Assembly (NCBI RefSeq): GCF_036588685.1
Contig: NW_026963302.1
Span: 3,906,001 to 3,970,000, forward strand
Source: Mytilus trossulus
Taxonomy: Eukaryota
Reading direction: 5' to 3'
DNA length: 64,000 nucleotides
Below are positions 13,088 through 27,700 of the stretch, piece after piece (position 1 is the first letter of the stretch; each line of letters opens with the position of its first letter). Made by a program: the position numbers and the translations under genes. The notes under the pieces are model-generated. The model had not been told where the DNA came from. It ran no database searches and was given only the letters and a program-made list of their open reading frames with translations.

Positions 13088-16000
13088 ATTGCAATACTCA
13101 TATATGAAGACCCTATTTCAATACTGAACGAATAACAATGAGATGAAAAACAACGATCCAGAGTTGTTGACGTATTTTCTAAACATATTAAAACTTAATC
13201 AAGAGTTGTCTCCCTTTTTCTGTTGTGAATTATAATTCACAAATACCAAATACTAACTAAAGACTTTCTGTATATTATACTCATTTGTGTAGAGGTTCCA
13301 TCCTCTGTAATTCATATACAACTTATACAAAAACAATCCTTTGAATTAAACATACATTTTATTACACCAACTTGTATTTACATTTTCATGACTAGAATAT
13401 ACATTTTTTACTTTTTGGCAATACTTTGGCTACAGAGTATTCTATGATATTTTGTTGAGGCGCCAGGGTGACTACTGATTACCTACACACAATGGCTATC
13501 AGCTGACCTATGTTGACATAGTGTCATAAAACCCCTGGTAGTTAAACACGGTTACACCACCACCTACCATGGGGAGTGACCGGGGAAAACACTCGTATTA
13601 CCAATGCTCCAGTTAGCGCCCCACCTGTTGGCAGGTGTAGGCCTCCCCTCTATGAGATGAGGTGGAGGAGGTCCCAGAGTCACCCATCTGTAGACCACAC
13701 CGTTACCACTAACCACATTTTCCAAACCTGCAAATTTTATAACTTGTCAGGCCCAGAGCAAGGGCCGAGTGAAATAATCCCCCAATCACTACCAGTCTCC
13801 CTGGACCTCCCCCCATTCAAAATTGACTCTGCGCCTTAGGATAAAAGAAGATAATTGATTTTTTTAAAATGTCATGTTTTTGTTCCAATTAATATAATTG
13901 TTAATTAATAAAAACTAAAATTAATGCTGGATGCTCAAATCACAATAGTCCATAATATGTTAATAAAGTGCTTAATAACGGAAATGTCCAATTCATAGAA
14001 ACGCAAGTTTATTCGAAATTATCCTGTATTGGTCCAATACTATGAAGGTTCTGCTTGGATACTGGTAACCATAATATGCCAATCAAATACAACAAACAGA
14101 TGCCTGAAAATATAAAACAAAAACAGCAGCAACTATTCTCATAGGGAGGGCGGGCGGGTTTTAAAAGTTTAACTAATTTGTGTAACACCTGCTTTCTAGT
14201 CGACAGCAAATTAACAAGTGCCCGATTCGGGAATTCCAAAATTCTAATTCAAGCTGATACGGGAATTCCAAAATTCTGATTCAAGCTGCGAGCGCCCTCT
14301 ATGGCCATGCCGAATATGGCAATAAGCTACAGGCTGCAACACCCACACACCCACACAAATATTTGATTGAATTAAACCAGATTATTGAAAATATGAAATT
14401 TTTATAATCTCTATTAATTGCAATACTCATATATGAAGACCCTATTTCAATACTGAACGAATAACAATGAGATGAAAAACAACGATCCAGAGTTGTTGAC
14501 GTATTTTCTAAACATATTAAAACTTAATCAAGAGTTGTCTCCCTTTTTCTGTTGTGAATTATAATTCACAAATACCAAATACTAACTAAAGACTTTCTGT
14601 ATATTATACTCATTTGTGTAGAGGTTCCATCCTCTGTAATTCATATACAACTTATACAAAAACAATCCTTTGAATTAAACATACATTTTATTACACCAAC
14701 TTGTATTTACATTTTCATGACTAGAATATACATTTTTTACTTTTTGGCAATACTTTGGCTACAGAGTATTCTATGATATTTTGTTGAGGCGCCAGGGTGA
14801 CTACTGATTACCTACACACAATGGCTATCAGCTGACCTATGTTGACATAGTGTCATAAAACCCCTGGTAGTTAAACACGGTTACACCACCACCTACCATG
14901 GGGAGTGACCGGGGAAAACACTCGTATTACCAATGCTCCAGTTAGCGCCCCACCTGTTGGCAGGTGTAGGCCTCCCCTCTATGAGATGAGGTGGAGGAGG
15001 TCCCAGAGTCACCCATCTGTAGACCACACCGTTACCACTAACCACATTTTCCAAACCTGCAAATTTTATAACTTGTCAGGCCCAGAGCAAGGGCCGAGTG
15101 AAATAATCCCCCAATCACTACCAGTCTCCCTGGACCTCCCCCCATTCAAAATTGACTCTGCGCCTTAGGATAAAAGAAGATAATTGATTTTTTTAAAATG
15201 TCATGTTTTTGTTCCAATTAATATAATTGTTAATTAATAAAAACTAAAATTAATGCTGGATGCTCAAATCACAATAGTCCATAATATGTTAATAAAGTGC
15301 TTAATAACGGAAATGTCCAATTCATAGAAACGCAAGTTTATTCGAAATTATCCTGTATTGGTCCAATACTATGAAGGTTCTGCTTGGATACTGGTAACCA
15401 TAATATGCCAATCAAATACAACAAACAGATGCCTGAAAATATAAAACAAAAACAGCAGCAACTATTCTCATAGGGAGGGCGGGCGGGTTTTAAAAGTTTA
15501 ACTAATTTGTGTAACACCTGCTTTCTAGTCGACAGCAAATTAACAAGTGCCCGATTCGGGAATTCCAAAATTCTAATTCAAGCTGATACGGGAATTCCAA
15601 AATTCTGATTCAAGCTGCGAGCGCCCTCTATGGCCATGCCGAATATGGCAATAAGCTACAGGCTGCAACACCCACACACCCACACAAATATTTGATTGAA
15701 TTAAACCAGATTATTGAAAATATGAAATTTTTATAATCTCTATTAATTGCAATACTCATATATGAAGACCCTATTTCAATACTGAACGAATAACAATGAG
15801 ATGAAAAACAACGATCCAGAGTTGTTGACGTATTTTCTAAACATATTAAAACTTAATCAAGAGTTGTCTCCCTTTTTCTGTTGTGAATTATAATTCACAA
15901 ATACCAAATACTAACTAAAGACTTTCTGTATATTATACTCATTTGTGTAGAGGTTCCATCCTCTGTAATTCATATACAACTTATACAAAAACAATCCTTT

Positions 16001-16465
16001 GAATTAAACATACATTTTATTACACCAACTTGTATTTACATTTTCATGACTAGAATATACATTTTTTACTTTTTGGCAATACTTTGGCTACAGAGTATTC
16101 TATGATATTTTGTTGAGGCGCCAGGGTGACTACTGATTACCTACACACAATGGCTATCAGCTGACCTATGTTGACATAGTGTCATAAAACCCCTGGTAGT
16201 TAAACACGGTTACACCACCACCTACCATGGGGAGTGACCGGGGAAAACACTCGTATTACCAATGCTCCAGTTAGCGCCCCACCTGTTGGCAGGTGTAGGC
16301 CTCCCCTCTATGAGATGAGGTGGAGGAGGTCCCAGAGTCACCCATCTGTAGACCACACCGTTACCACTAACCACATTTTCCAAACCTGCAAATTTTATAA
16401 CTTGTCAGGCCCAGAGCAAGGGCCGAGTGAAATAATCCCCCAATCACTACCAGTCTCCCTGGACC
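13088..16465. repeat. 1329-bp tandem duplication (2.5 units) of the Ngaro-1 3' split-repeat module
   Basis: The same small ORFs recur at 13576/14905/16234 and 14009/15338. No differences seen by eye. Confidence 0.95.
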
Positions 16466-16579
16466 GCCACATGAGAGCCCAAGTCAGCTTCCAAATCTGA
16501 CATGGGTTCTCACCTCCACAAAATTTTCTTTATTGACTCTAAGGAAAAGTTGATTATGTTGTGCGTAGGACCGACTCCC

Positions 16580-16991
16580 CCCTACACAAACCCTTGTATA
16601 TTATTCAAGAAAAACCTGATTTCCAGTTTGTGACAAATAAGTTCCATTTGTTTTGTATAAAGACACTTCACTTGCCCTAATGTTCTCATGTAATATAGCT
16701 TTACCCCCCTTTTCCGTAACAAAGATTTTGTTGGCCACTAAATCACTCTTTTTCTGTTCTGTTCTATTATTGCACCCACATTCAAGGGTGCAACATGCCA
16801 GTATCGCACTGTAGCAATAAAGGCCATATTATAATAACCTTTTTAAATAAAGCCTGGTTACGTAGGGTAGACCATTTTTTTTTATTTTCAATTAAACCAT
16901 TTGATGTCAATTCTAAATATGTCAAATCAATAGCTCCACAGAGAATAATAATAAAATGGGGAGATGGTAAAAACAAATATTCTTTTTGCAT
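16580..16991 (-). pseudogene. Decayed SGNH hydrolase of Ngaro-1
   Basis: PHFIIILCGAIDL...VIIIWPLL, then in shifted frames IEQNRKRV...EKGGKAILHENI...LYKTNGTYLSQTGNQVFL. Aligns by eye with PHALILHCGGNDIG...LIWSSIL...RKRIN...GGYVI...LYSDDGVHLSFIGNDIFL of 41575-42072. Confidence 0.7.
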
Positions 16992-17709
16992 CCAGTAGGG
17001 AGTTCAAATCTTAAAGAGACTATAGAGACAATAACAAGTGGAAACAAGGAGCTATCGTTCATAAACTCGTAACAGTAACTTATCTAGAAGTGACATATTT
17101 TTCAGATTCGTAACTTCATACCGCAGGAAAATAAAAACATACCAAACATACTTGAAATTACCATATCTGATATTTACACTGAATTAATAACCTAACCAAC
17201 ATGTAATTCACTTGCGATACCGAAAAATCTGAAAATAAGAATGAATCCGAACAAACTAAAATAACTGAAAACAATTGAAGTAGATGCTAATGATACTATA
17301 GTTATGCACCGCACATAAAGAGTAAGAAAGGCACCAGACTGAGAGAGACTTATTGAAAACATATATGACTGTAACTAATTGTGGTTAAGTTAGTGCAGTG
17401 ATATAACTGTAGGTTTAGGATTTCATAATTGAACATTAAAACTTGACATGTAGCTATTTAGTTCAATTGAGTGCAAAGTGAATTTATTGCTTTCATTCAC
17501 TAGAGATTAATCTTGTTTATCTTGATCTTCTTAATTAAAAGGGGGAGGATTGTTATGTTAACAACAAACAAATGGAAGTGTTTAACGACCTTGTCTGGTT
17601 ATGTTTACATTATACGTTATCACTAATTTATAGTTGAATCGGCTTATAATTAATACTGACAGTTAGGAATTTATAATCATCAGATTAGCGGATGTTGTGT
17701 ATTTGTCCT

Positions 17710-18492
17710 TTAACCCTGTGATTGCACTGACACGCTGTTTTGTACTATGGGAGATGTGATGTGTAATAGCCAATATTCACCGTGTATATTTCCCCAAGAT
17801 AAATTTGGATTCTTCTCTATTTTTAGCCTAAATTGCTCGTCATAGGTGGCCCAGTTTTCTGACCTCGTTGCCGCTAGTCTTATATCGCGCATATATTTTA
17901 ACAATTCCTGTGCCCGTGTGCAGTATTTCTCAATGTAGACACTCATAAAAACCATGAATGCTGAAGTCCATTCATTTATGGACAAATTAACACTCGACGA
18001 TCTTTTTTCAATGCAAATTTTTCCCCTTTTTAATTTCAAATCGCCCTCGTCCACCTCTTCCATTGCTTTTTGCGTTCTCAAAAGAGAATGCAGCTCAATA
18101 AACTTTCCCTCCCAAATTTTTTCCTTAATTTTAAAAGGCACGTGTTCCCCCACTGTGTCATGAATGCTAGATTCTTGTGAAGGAGTGAAATCAATGGAAT
18201 TATTTGCAATTTCAAAGTTTTTGTGTAACGGGTCGTGCCTTAAAGAGGTGAACGCTCGTGCATCCTCCTCCGACTCATTACCTGATGAAAAATCAGTAGT
18301 TTCCACCGGTCCTTCTGCCACCACGTGTCTGACCCCTTGGGTTTTCTTTGCAATTCTTCTCCGGCCAGCTCCGTCCTTCTTTTGGGTTATTTCCTCGTTC
18401 TGCATTATCTGTCCGCCTGTCCTGTTAGCCGTTCTTCTCTTCTTTCCCATGGCCCTTGATGGCGATCCTACGGCATTTCTCTTGTTTGGCAT
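17710..18492 (-). CDS. Gag-like ORF1 of Ngaro-1 (260 aa from ATG MPNKR); C-terminal zinc finger lost
   Basis: KIKEKIWEGKFIEL...INEWTSAFMVFMSVY...LLKYMRDIR...WATYDEQFR...W matches the gag of 44974-45873. Confidence 0.8.
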   Translation of the reverse strand: MPNKRNAVGSPSRAMGKKRRTANRTGGQIMQNEEITQKKDGAGRRRIAKKTQGVRHVVAEGPVETTDFSSGNESEEDARAFTSLRHDPLHKNFEIANNSIDFTPSQESSIHDTVGEHVPFKIKEKIWEGKFIELHSLLRTQKAMEEVDEGDLKLKRGKICIEKRSSSVNLSINEWTSAFMVFMSVYIEKYCTRAQELLKYMRDIRLAATRSENWATYDEQFRLKIEKNPNLSWGNIHGEYWLLHITSPIVQNSVSVQSQG

Positions 18493-18757
18493 CTTTTCTT
18501 TTTCTTTTAAAAGTTTAACTAATTTGTGTAACACCTGCTTTCTAGTCGACAGCAAATTAACAAGTGCCCGATTCGGGAATTCCAAAATTCTAATTCAAGC
18601 TGATACGGGAATTCCAAAATTCTGATTCAAGCTGCGAGCGCCCTCTATGGCCATGCCGAATATGGCAATAAGCTACAGGCTGCAACACCCACACACCCAC
18701 ACAAATATTTGATTGAATTAAACCAGATTATTGAAAATATGAAATTTTTATAATCTC

Positions 18758-21700
18758 TATTATATACAACGGCCTCGTGTAATGTGGTTCAATTTTACTT
18801 ACAAAATTGATAAAAAAAAATATCAACGTCAGATAATGTTAACCATAAGCATATGCGAATACAATGACGTTTTTCATTTGTAAGAAGAGACTTTAAAAAG
18901 TAAAAGCTAATAACATAGTCTGCGAACAGAAATAAGAACTGATATCATAGAATGCTTTCAATAAACATAATAATGGTAACTCCACATTGTAGACAAATAA
19001 TCCTAAACGCTTTAAAACAGATATCTGCCTACTAGGTTACTGATTATTTTTGTAAAAAGTCTAAATGATTTTTAACAAATTTCATGTACATTCATTGTTA
19101 TTGTACATTAATTCTTGCTTATTTTTTTATACAATTATAGACAATTTGTTATTATAATTTCGAGAGAAAGTTCAAACTTGTGCAATAATCTCAAAACACA
19201 AGAAAGAAAAATGTCGGCGATTTTTTAGAAAGGTATATTCGAAAAATTATTAATAGAAAACAAAAAATTGATATCGAGATAATCAACTTTGTAATTATGA
19301 TATAATATATAACGGCACCGTGTAATGTGGTTCAATTTTACTTTCAAAATTGTTAAAAAAAAATATCAACGTCAGATAATGTTAACCATAAGCATATGCG
19401 AATAAAATAACGTTTTTCTATTTGTTAAGAGAGACTTTAAAAAGTAAAAGCTAGTAACATAGTCTGCAAACAGAAATAAGAACTGATATCAAAGAATGCT
19501 TTCAATAAACATAATAATGGTAACTTCACATTGTAGGCAAATAATCCTAAACGCTTTAAAACAGATATCTGCTTTCGAGGTTACTGATTATTTTTTATAA
19601 AAAATCTAAATGATTTTAAACAAGTGTTATGTACATTCATTGTTATTGTAAATTAATTCTTACTTTATTATTATACAATTATACACAATTTGTTATTATA
19701 ATTACGGGAAAAAGTCCAATCTTGTGCAATAATCTCACAACATAAGGAGGAAAAATGTCGGCGATTTTTTAGAGAGTAATATTCGAAAAACTATTAGTAA
19801 AAAGCAAAACATTAAGATCAAGATAATCAACTTTGTAATTATGATATTATATACAACGGCCTCGTGTAATGTGGTTCAATTTTACTTACAAAATTGATAA
19901 AAAAAAATATCAACGTCAGATAATGTTAACCATAAGCATATGCGAATACAATGACGTTTTTCATTTGTAAGAAGAGACTTTAAAAAGTAAAAGCTAGTAA
20001 CATAGTCTGCGAACAGAAATAAGAACTGATATCATAGAATGCTTTCAATAAACATAATAATGGTAACTTCACATTGTAGACAAATAATCCTAAACGCTTT
20101 AAAACAGATATCTGCCTACTAGGTTACTGATTATTTTTGTAAAAAGTCTAAATGATTTTTAACAAATTTCACGTACATTCATTGTTATTGTACATTAATT
20201 CTTGCTTATCTTTTATACAATTATAGACAATTTGTTATTATAATTTCAGGAGAAAGTCCAAACTTGTGTGCAATAATCTCAAAACACAAGAAAGAAAAAT
20301 GTCGGCGATTTTTTAGAAAGGTATATTCGAAAAATTATTAATAGAAAACAAAAAATTGATATCAAGATAATCAACTTTGTAATTATGATATAATATATAA
20401 CGGCACCGTGTAATGTGGTTCAATTTTACTTTCAAAATTGATAAAAAAAAAAATCAACGTCAGATACTGTTATCCATAAGCATTTGTGAATAAAATGACG
20501 TTTTTCTATTTGTTAGGAGAGACTTTAAAAAACAAAAAATAGTAAAATAGTCTACAAACAGAAATAAGAACTGATATTAAAGAATGCTTTCAATAAACAT
20601 AATAATGGTAACTTCACATTGTACGCAAATAATCCAAAACGCATAAAAACAAATATCTGCCTTCGAGGTTACTGCTTATTTAAAAAAAATCTAAATGATT
20701 TTTAATAAATTTCATGTACATTCATTGTTATTGTACATTAATTCTTACTTCATTATTATACAATTATGGACAATTTGTTACTATAATTTCAGGAGAAAGT
20801 CCAAACGTGTGCAATAATCTTACAACATAAGAAGGAAAAATGTCGGCGATTTTTTAGAAAGGTATATTCGAAAAATTATTAATAGAAAACAAAAAATTGA
20901 TATCAAGATAATCAACTTTGTAATTATGATATAATATATAACGGCACCGTGTAATGTGGTTCAATTTTACTTTCAAAATTGATAAAAAAAAAATCAACGT
21001 CAGATAAAGTTATCCATAAGCATTTGTGAATAAAATGACGTTTTTCTATTTGTTAGGAGAGACTTTAAATAGTAAAAGCTAGTAACATAGTCTGCAAACA
21101 GAAATAAGAACTGATATCAAAGAATGCTTTCAATAAACATAATAATGGTAACTTCACATTGTATGCAAATAATCCTAAACGCTTTAAAACAGATATCTGC
21201 TTTCAAGGTTACTGATTATTTTTATAAAAAAATCTAAATGATTTTAAACAAGTGTTATGTACATTCATTGTTATTGTACATTAATTCTTACTTCATTATT
21301 ATACAATTATACACAATTTGTTATTATAATTACGGGAAAAAGTCCAATCTTGTGCAATAATCTCACAACATAAGAAAGAAAAATGTCGGCGATTTTTCAG
21401 AAAGTAATATTCGAAAAACTATTAGTTAAAAGCAAAACATTAAGATCAAGATAATCAACTTTGTAATTATGATATTATATACAACGGCCTCGTGTAATGT
21501 GGTTCAATTTTACTTACAAAATTGATAAAAAAAAATATTAACGTCAGATAATGTTAACCATAAGCATATGCGAATACAATGACGTTTTTCATTTGTAAGA
21601 AGAAACTTTAAAAAGTAAAAGCTAGTAACATAGTCTGCGAACAGAAATAAGAACTGATATCATAGAATGCTTTCAATAAACATAATAATGGTAACTTCAC

Positions 21701-24700
21701 ATTGTAGACAAATAATCCTAAACGCTTTAAAACAGATATCTGCCTACTAGGTTACTGATTATTTTTGTAAAAAGTCTAAATGATTTTTAACAAATTTCAT
21801 GTACATTCATTGTTATTGTACATTAATTCTTGATTATTTTTTATACAATTATAGACAATTTGTTATTATAATTTCAGGAGAAAGTCCAAACTTGTGCAAT
21901 AATCTCAAAACACAAGAAAGAAAAATGTCGGCGATTTTTTAGAAAGGTATATTCGAAAATTTATTAATAGAAAACAAGAAATTGATATCAAGATAATCAA
22001 CTTTGTAATTATGATATAATATATAACGGCACCGTGTAATGTGGTTCAATTTTACTTTCAAAATTGATAAAAAAAAAAAATCAACGTCAGATAATGTTAT
22101 CCATAAGCATTTGTAAATAAAATGACGTTTTTCTATTTGTTAGGAGAGACTTTAAATAGTAAAAGCTAGTAACATAGTCTGCAAACAGAAATAAGAACTG
22201 ATATCAAAGAGTGCTTTCAATAAACATAATAATGGTAACTTCACATTGTACGCAACTAATCATAAACGCTTTAGAACAAATATCTGCCTTCGAGGTTACT
22301 GTTTATTTAAAAAAAAAATCTAATTGATTTTTAACAATTTTTAGGTACATTCATTTTTATTGTACATTAATTCTTACTTCATTATTATACAATTATAGAC
22401 AATTTGTTATTATAATTTCAGGAGAAAGTCCAAACTTGTGCAATAATCTCACAACATAAGAAGGAAAAATGTCGGCGAATTTTTAGAAAGGTATATTCGA
22501 AAAACTATTAGTAAAAAGCAAAACATTAATATCAAGATAATCCAGTTTGTTATTATGATATTATATATAACGGCACCGTGTAATGTGGTTCAATTTTACT
22601 TTTAAAATTGATAAAAAAAAGAAATCAACGTCAGATGATGTTATCCATAAGCATTTGTGAATTAAAGGACGTTTTTCTATTTGTTAGGAGAGGCTTTAAA
22701 TAGTAAAAGCTAGTAACATAATATGCGGACAGAATTAAGAACTGATATTAAATAATGCTTTCAATAAACATAATGGTAACATCACATTGTAGGCAAATAA
22801 TCCAAAAAGCATTAAAACAAATATCTGCCTTCGAGGTTACTGATTATTTTTGTTAACATTCTAAATGATTTTAAACAAGTTTTATGTACATTCATTGTTA
22901 TTGTACATTAATTCTTACTTTATTCTTATACAATAATACACAATTTGTTATTATAATTTCGAGAGAAAGTTCAAACTTGTGAAATAATCTCACAACACAA
23001 GAAGCAAAAATGTCGGCGATCTTTTAGAAAGTAATATTCGAAAAACTATTAGTAAAAAGCAAAACATTAAGATCAAGATAATCAACTTTGTAATTATGAT
23101 ATTATATGCAACGGCCTCGTGTAATGTGGTTCAATTTTACTTACAAAATTGATAAAAAAAAATATCAACATCAGATAATGTTAACCATAAGCATATGCGA
23201 ATACAATGACGTTTTTCATTTGTAAGAAGAGACTTTAAAAAGTAAAAGCTAGTAACATAGTCTGCGAACAGAAATAAGAACTGATATCATAGAATGCTTT
23301 CAATAAACATAATAATGGTAACTTCACATTGTAGACAAATAATCCTAAACGCTTTAAAACAGATATCTGCCTACTAGGTTACTGATTATTTTTGTAAAAA
23401 GTCTAAATGATTTTTAACAAATTTCATGTACATTCATTGTTATTGTACATTAATTCTTGCTTAATTTTTATACAATTATAGACAATTTGTTATTATAATT
23501 TCAGGAGAAAGTCCAAACTTGTGTGCAATAATCTCAAAACACAAGAAAGAAAAATGTCGGCGATTTTTTAGAAAGGTATATTCGAAAAATTATTAATAGA
23601 AAACAAAAAATTGATATCAAGATAATCAACTTTGTAATTATGATATAATATATAACGGCACCGTGTAATGTGGTTTAATTTTACTTTCAAAATTAATAAA
23701 AAAAAAAAATCAACGTCAGATAATGTTATCCATAAGCATTTGTAAATAAAATGACGTTTTTCTATTTGTTAGGAGAGACTTTAAATAGTAAAAGCTAGTA
23801 ACATAGTCTGCAAACAGAAATAAGAACTGATATCAAAGAGTGCTTTCAATAAACATAATAATGGTAACTTCACATTGTACGCAACTAATCATAAACGCTT
23901 TAGAACAAATATCTGCCTTCGAGGTTACTGTTTATTTAAAAAAAATCTAATTGATTTTTAACAATTTTTATGTACATTCATTGTTATTGTACATTAATTC
24001 TTACTTCATTATTATACAATTATAGACAATTTGTTATTATAATTTCAGGAGAAAGTCCAAACTTGTGCAATAATCTCACAACATAAGAAGGAAAAATGTC
24101 GGCGAATTTTTAGAAAGGTATATTCGAAAAACTATTAGTAAAAAGCAAAACATTAATATCAAGATAATCCAGTTTGTTATTATGATATTATATATAACGG
24201 CACCGTGTAATGTGGTTCAATTTTACTTTTAAAATTGATAAAAAAAAAAATCAACGTCAGATGATGTTATCCATAAGCATTTGTGAATTAAAGGACGTTT
24301 TTCTATTTGTTAGGAGAGGCTTTAAATAGTAAAAGCTAGTAACATAATATGCGGACAGAATTAAGAACTGATATTAAATAATGCTTTCAATAAACATAAT
24401 AATGGTAACATCACATTGTAGGCAAATAATCCAAAAAGTATTAAAACAAATATCTGCCTTCGAGGTTACTGATTATTATTGTTAACATTCTAAATGATTT
24501 TAAACAAGTTTTATGTACATTCATTGTTATTGTACATTAATTCTTACTTTATTCTTATACAATAATACACAATTTGTTATTATAATTTCGAGAGAAAGTT
24601 CAAACTTGTGCAATAATCTCACAACATAAGAAGCAAAAATGTCGGCGATCTTTAAGAAAGTAATATTCGAAAAACTATTAGTAAAAAGCAAAACATTAAG

Positions 24701-27700
24701 ATCAAGATAATCAACTTTGTAATTATGATATTATATGCAACGGCCTCGTGTAATGTGGTTCAATTTTACTTACAAAATTGATAAAAAAAAATATCAACGT
24801 CAGATAATGTTAACCATAAGCATATGCGAATACAATGACGTTTTTCATTTGTAAGAAGAGACTTTAAAAAGTAAAAGCTAGTAACATAGTCTGCGAACAG
24901 AAATAAGAACTGATATCATAGAATGCTTTCAATAAACATAATAATGGTAACTTCACATTGTAGACAAATAATCCTAAACGCTTTAAAACAGATATCTGCC
25001 TACTAGGCTACTGATTATTTTTGTAAAAAGTCTAAATGATTTTTAACAAATTTCATGTACATTCATTGTTATTGTACATTAATTCTTGCTTAATTTTTAT
25101 ACAATTATAGACAATTTGTTATTATAATTTCAGGAGAAAGTCCAAACTTGTGTGCAATAATCTCAAAACACAAGAAAGAAAAATGTCGGCGATTTTTTAG
25201 AAAGGTATATTCGAAAAATTATTAATAGAAAACAAAAAATTGATATCAAGATAATCAACTTTGTAATTATGATATAATATATAACGGCACCGTGTAATGT
25301 GGTTCAATTTTACTTTCAAAATTGATAAAAAAAAAATTAACGTCAGATAATGTTATCCATAAGCATTTGTGAATAAAATGACGTTTTTCTATTTGTTAGG
25401 AGAGACTTTAAAAAGCAAAAAATAGTAAAATAGTCTACAAACAGAAATAAGAACTGATATCAAAGAATGCTTTCAATAAACATAATAATGGTAACTTCAC
25501 ATTGTAGGCAAATAATCCAAAACGCATAAAAACAAATATCTGCCTTCGAGGTTACTGATTATTTAAAAAAAATCTAAATGATTTTTAACAAATTTCATGT
25601 ACATTCATTGTTATTGTACATTGATTCTTACTTCATATTATACAATTATGGACAATTTGTTACTATAATTTCCGGAGAAAGTCCAAACGTGTGCAATAAT
25701 CTTACAACATAAGAAGGAAAAATGTCGGCGATTTTTTAGAAAGGTATATTCGAAAAATTATTAATAGAAAACAAATAATTGATATCAAGATAATCAACTT
25801 TGTAATTATGATATAATATATAACGGCACCGTGTAATGTGGTTCAATTTTACTTTCAAAATTGATAAAAAAACAATCAACGTCAGATAATGTTATCCATA
25901 AGGATTTGTGAATAAAATGACGTTTTTCTATTTGTTAGGAGAGACTTTAAATAGTAAAAGCTAGTAACATAGTCTGCAACAGAAATAAGAACTGATATCA
26001 AAGAATGCTTTCAATAAACATAATAATGGTAACTTCACATTGTATGCAAATAATCCTAAACGCTTTAAAACAGATATCTGCTTTCGAGGTTACTGATTAT
26101 TTTTATAAAAAATCTAAATGATTTTAAACAAGTGTTATGTACATTCATTGTTATTATACATTAATTCTTACTTTATTATTATACAATTATACACAATTTG
26201 TTATTATAATTACGGGGAAAAGTCCAATCTTGTGCATTAATCTCACAACATAAGAAGGAAATATGTCGGCGATTTTTTAGAAAGGTATATTCGAAAAACT
26301 ATTAGTAGAAAGCAAAACATTAAGATCAAGATAATCAAGTTTGTAATAATGATATTTTATATAACGACACCGTGTAATCTGGTTTAATTTTACTTACAAA
26401 ATTGATATTAAAAATATCAACGTCAGATAATGTTAACCATAAGCATTTGTGAATGAAATTACTTTATTCTATTGTTAGACGAGACTTTTAAAAGTAAAAG
26501 CTAGTAACATAGTCGGCAAACAGAAATAAGAACTTATATCAAATAATGCTTTCAATAAACATAATAATGGTAACTTCACATTGTACGCAACTAATCCTAA
26601 ACGCTTTAAAACAATTATCTGCCTTCGAGGTTACTGATTATTTTTGAAAAATGTCTAAATGATTGTTAACAAATTTTATGTACATTCATTGTTATTGTAC
26701 ATTAATTCTTACTTCATTATTATACAATTATAGACAATTTATTATTATAATTTCAGGAGAAAGTCCAAACGTGTGCAATAATTTCACAACATAAGATGCA
26801 AAAATGTCGGCGATTTTTTCAGAAAGGTATATTCGAAAAACTACTAGTAAAAAGCAAATCATTAAGATCAATATAATCAAGTTTGTAATTTTGATATTTT
26901 ATATAACGGCACCGTGTAATGTGATATAATTTTACCTATAAAATTAATGAAAAAAAACAAATATCAACGTCAGGTAATGTTAACCATAATCATTTGCGAA
27001 TAAACTGACGTTTTTCTATTGATAGGAGAGACTTTAAAAAGTAAAATCTAGTAACATAGTCTGCAAACAGAAATAAGAACTGATATCAAAGAATGCTTTC
27101 AATAAACATAATAATGGTAACTTCACATTGTACGCAACTAATCCTAAACGCTTTAAAACAAATATCTGCCTTCGAGGTTACTGATTATTTTTGTAAAAAA
27201 TCTAAATGATTTTAACAAATTTCATGCACATTCATTGTTATTGTATATTAATTCTTACTTCATTATTATGCAATTATAGACAATTTTTTATGATAATTTC
27301 AGTAGAAAGTCCAAACTTGTCCTATAATCTCACAACATAAGGTGCAAAAATGTCGACGTTTTTTAAGAAAGGTATATTCGAAAAATTATTAATAGAATGC
27401 AAAACATCAATATCAAGATAATCAACTTTGTAATTATGATATTATATACAACGGCACAGTGTAATGTGGTTTAATTTTACTAACAAAAATTACTAAAAAA
27501 AATATCAACGTCAGATAATGTTATCCATAAGCATATGCGAATAAAATGACTTTTATCTATTGTAAGAAGAGACTGAAATAGTAAAAGCTAGTAACATAGT
27601 CTGCAAACAGAAATAAGAACTGATATCAAAGAATGCTTTCAATAAACATAATAATGGTAACTTCACATTGTACGCAACTAATCCTAAACGCTTTAAAACA

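Larger units (their letters stand above)
13083..18762 (-). mobile_element. Ngaro-1: non-autonomous Ngaro-type YR retrotransposon (gag only), A1-gag-B1-A2-u-B2-A3-u-B3
   Basis: A repeat (258 bp) at 18505-18762, 15488-15745 and 14159-14416. B repeat (720 bp) at 15746-16465, 14417-15136 and 13088-13807. TATTA core at both ends and at the internal B/A junctions. DIRS-type gag and a hydrolase relic. Confidence 0.9.

Noticed and set aside
13576-16500. Repeated 87-aa and 76-aa ORFs
   Set aside because: They lie within the B and A/u repeats of Ngaro-1, start at GTG/TTG, and recur only because of the duplication.
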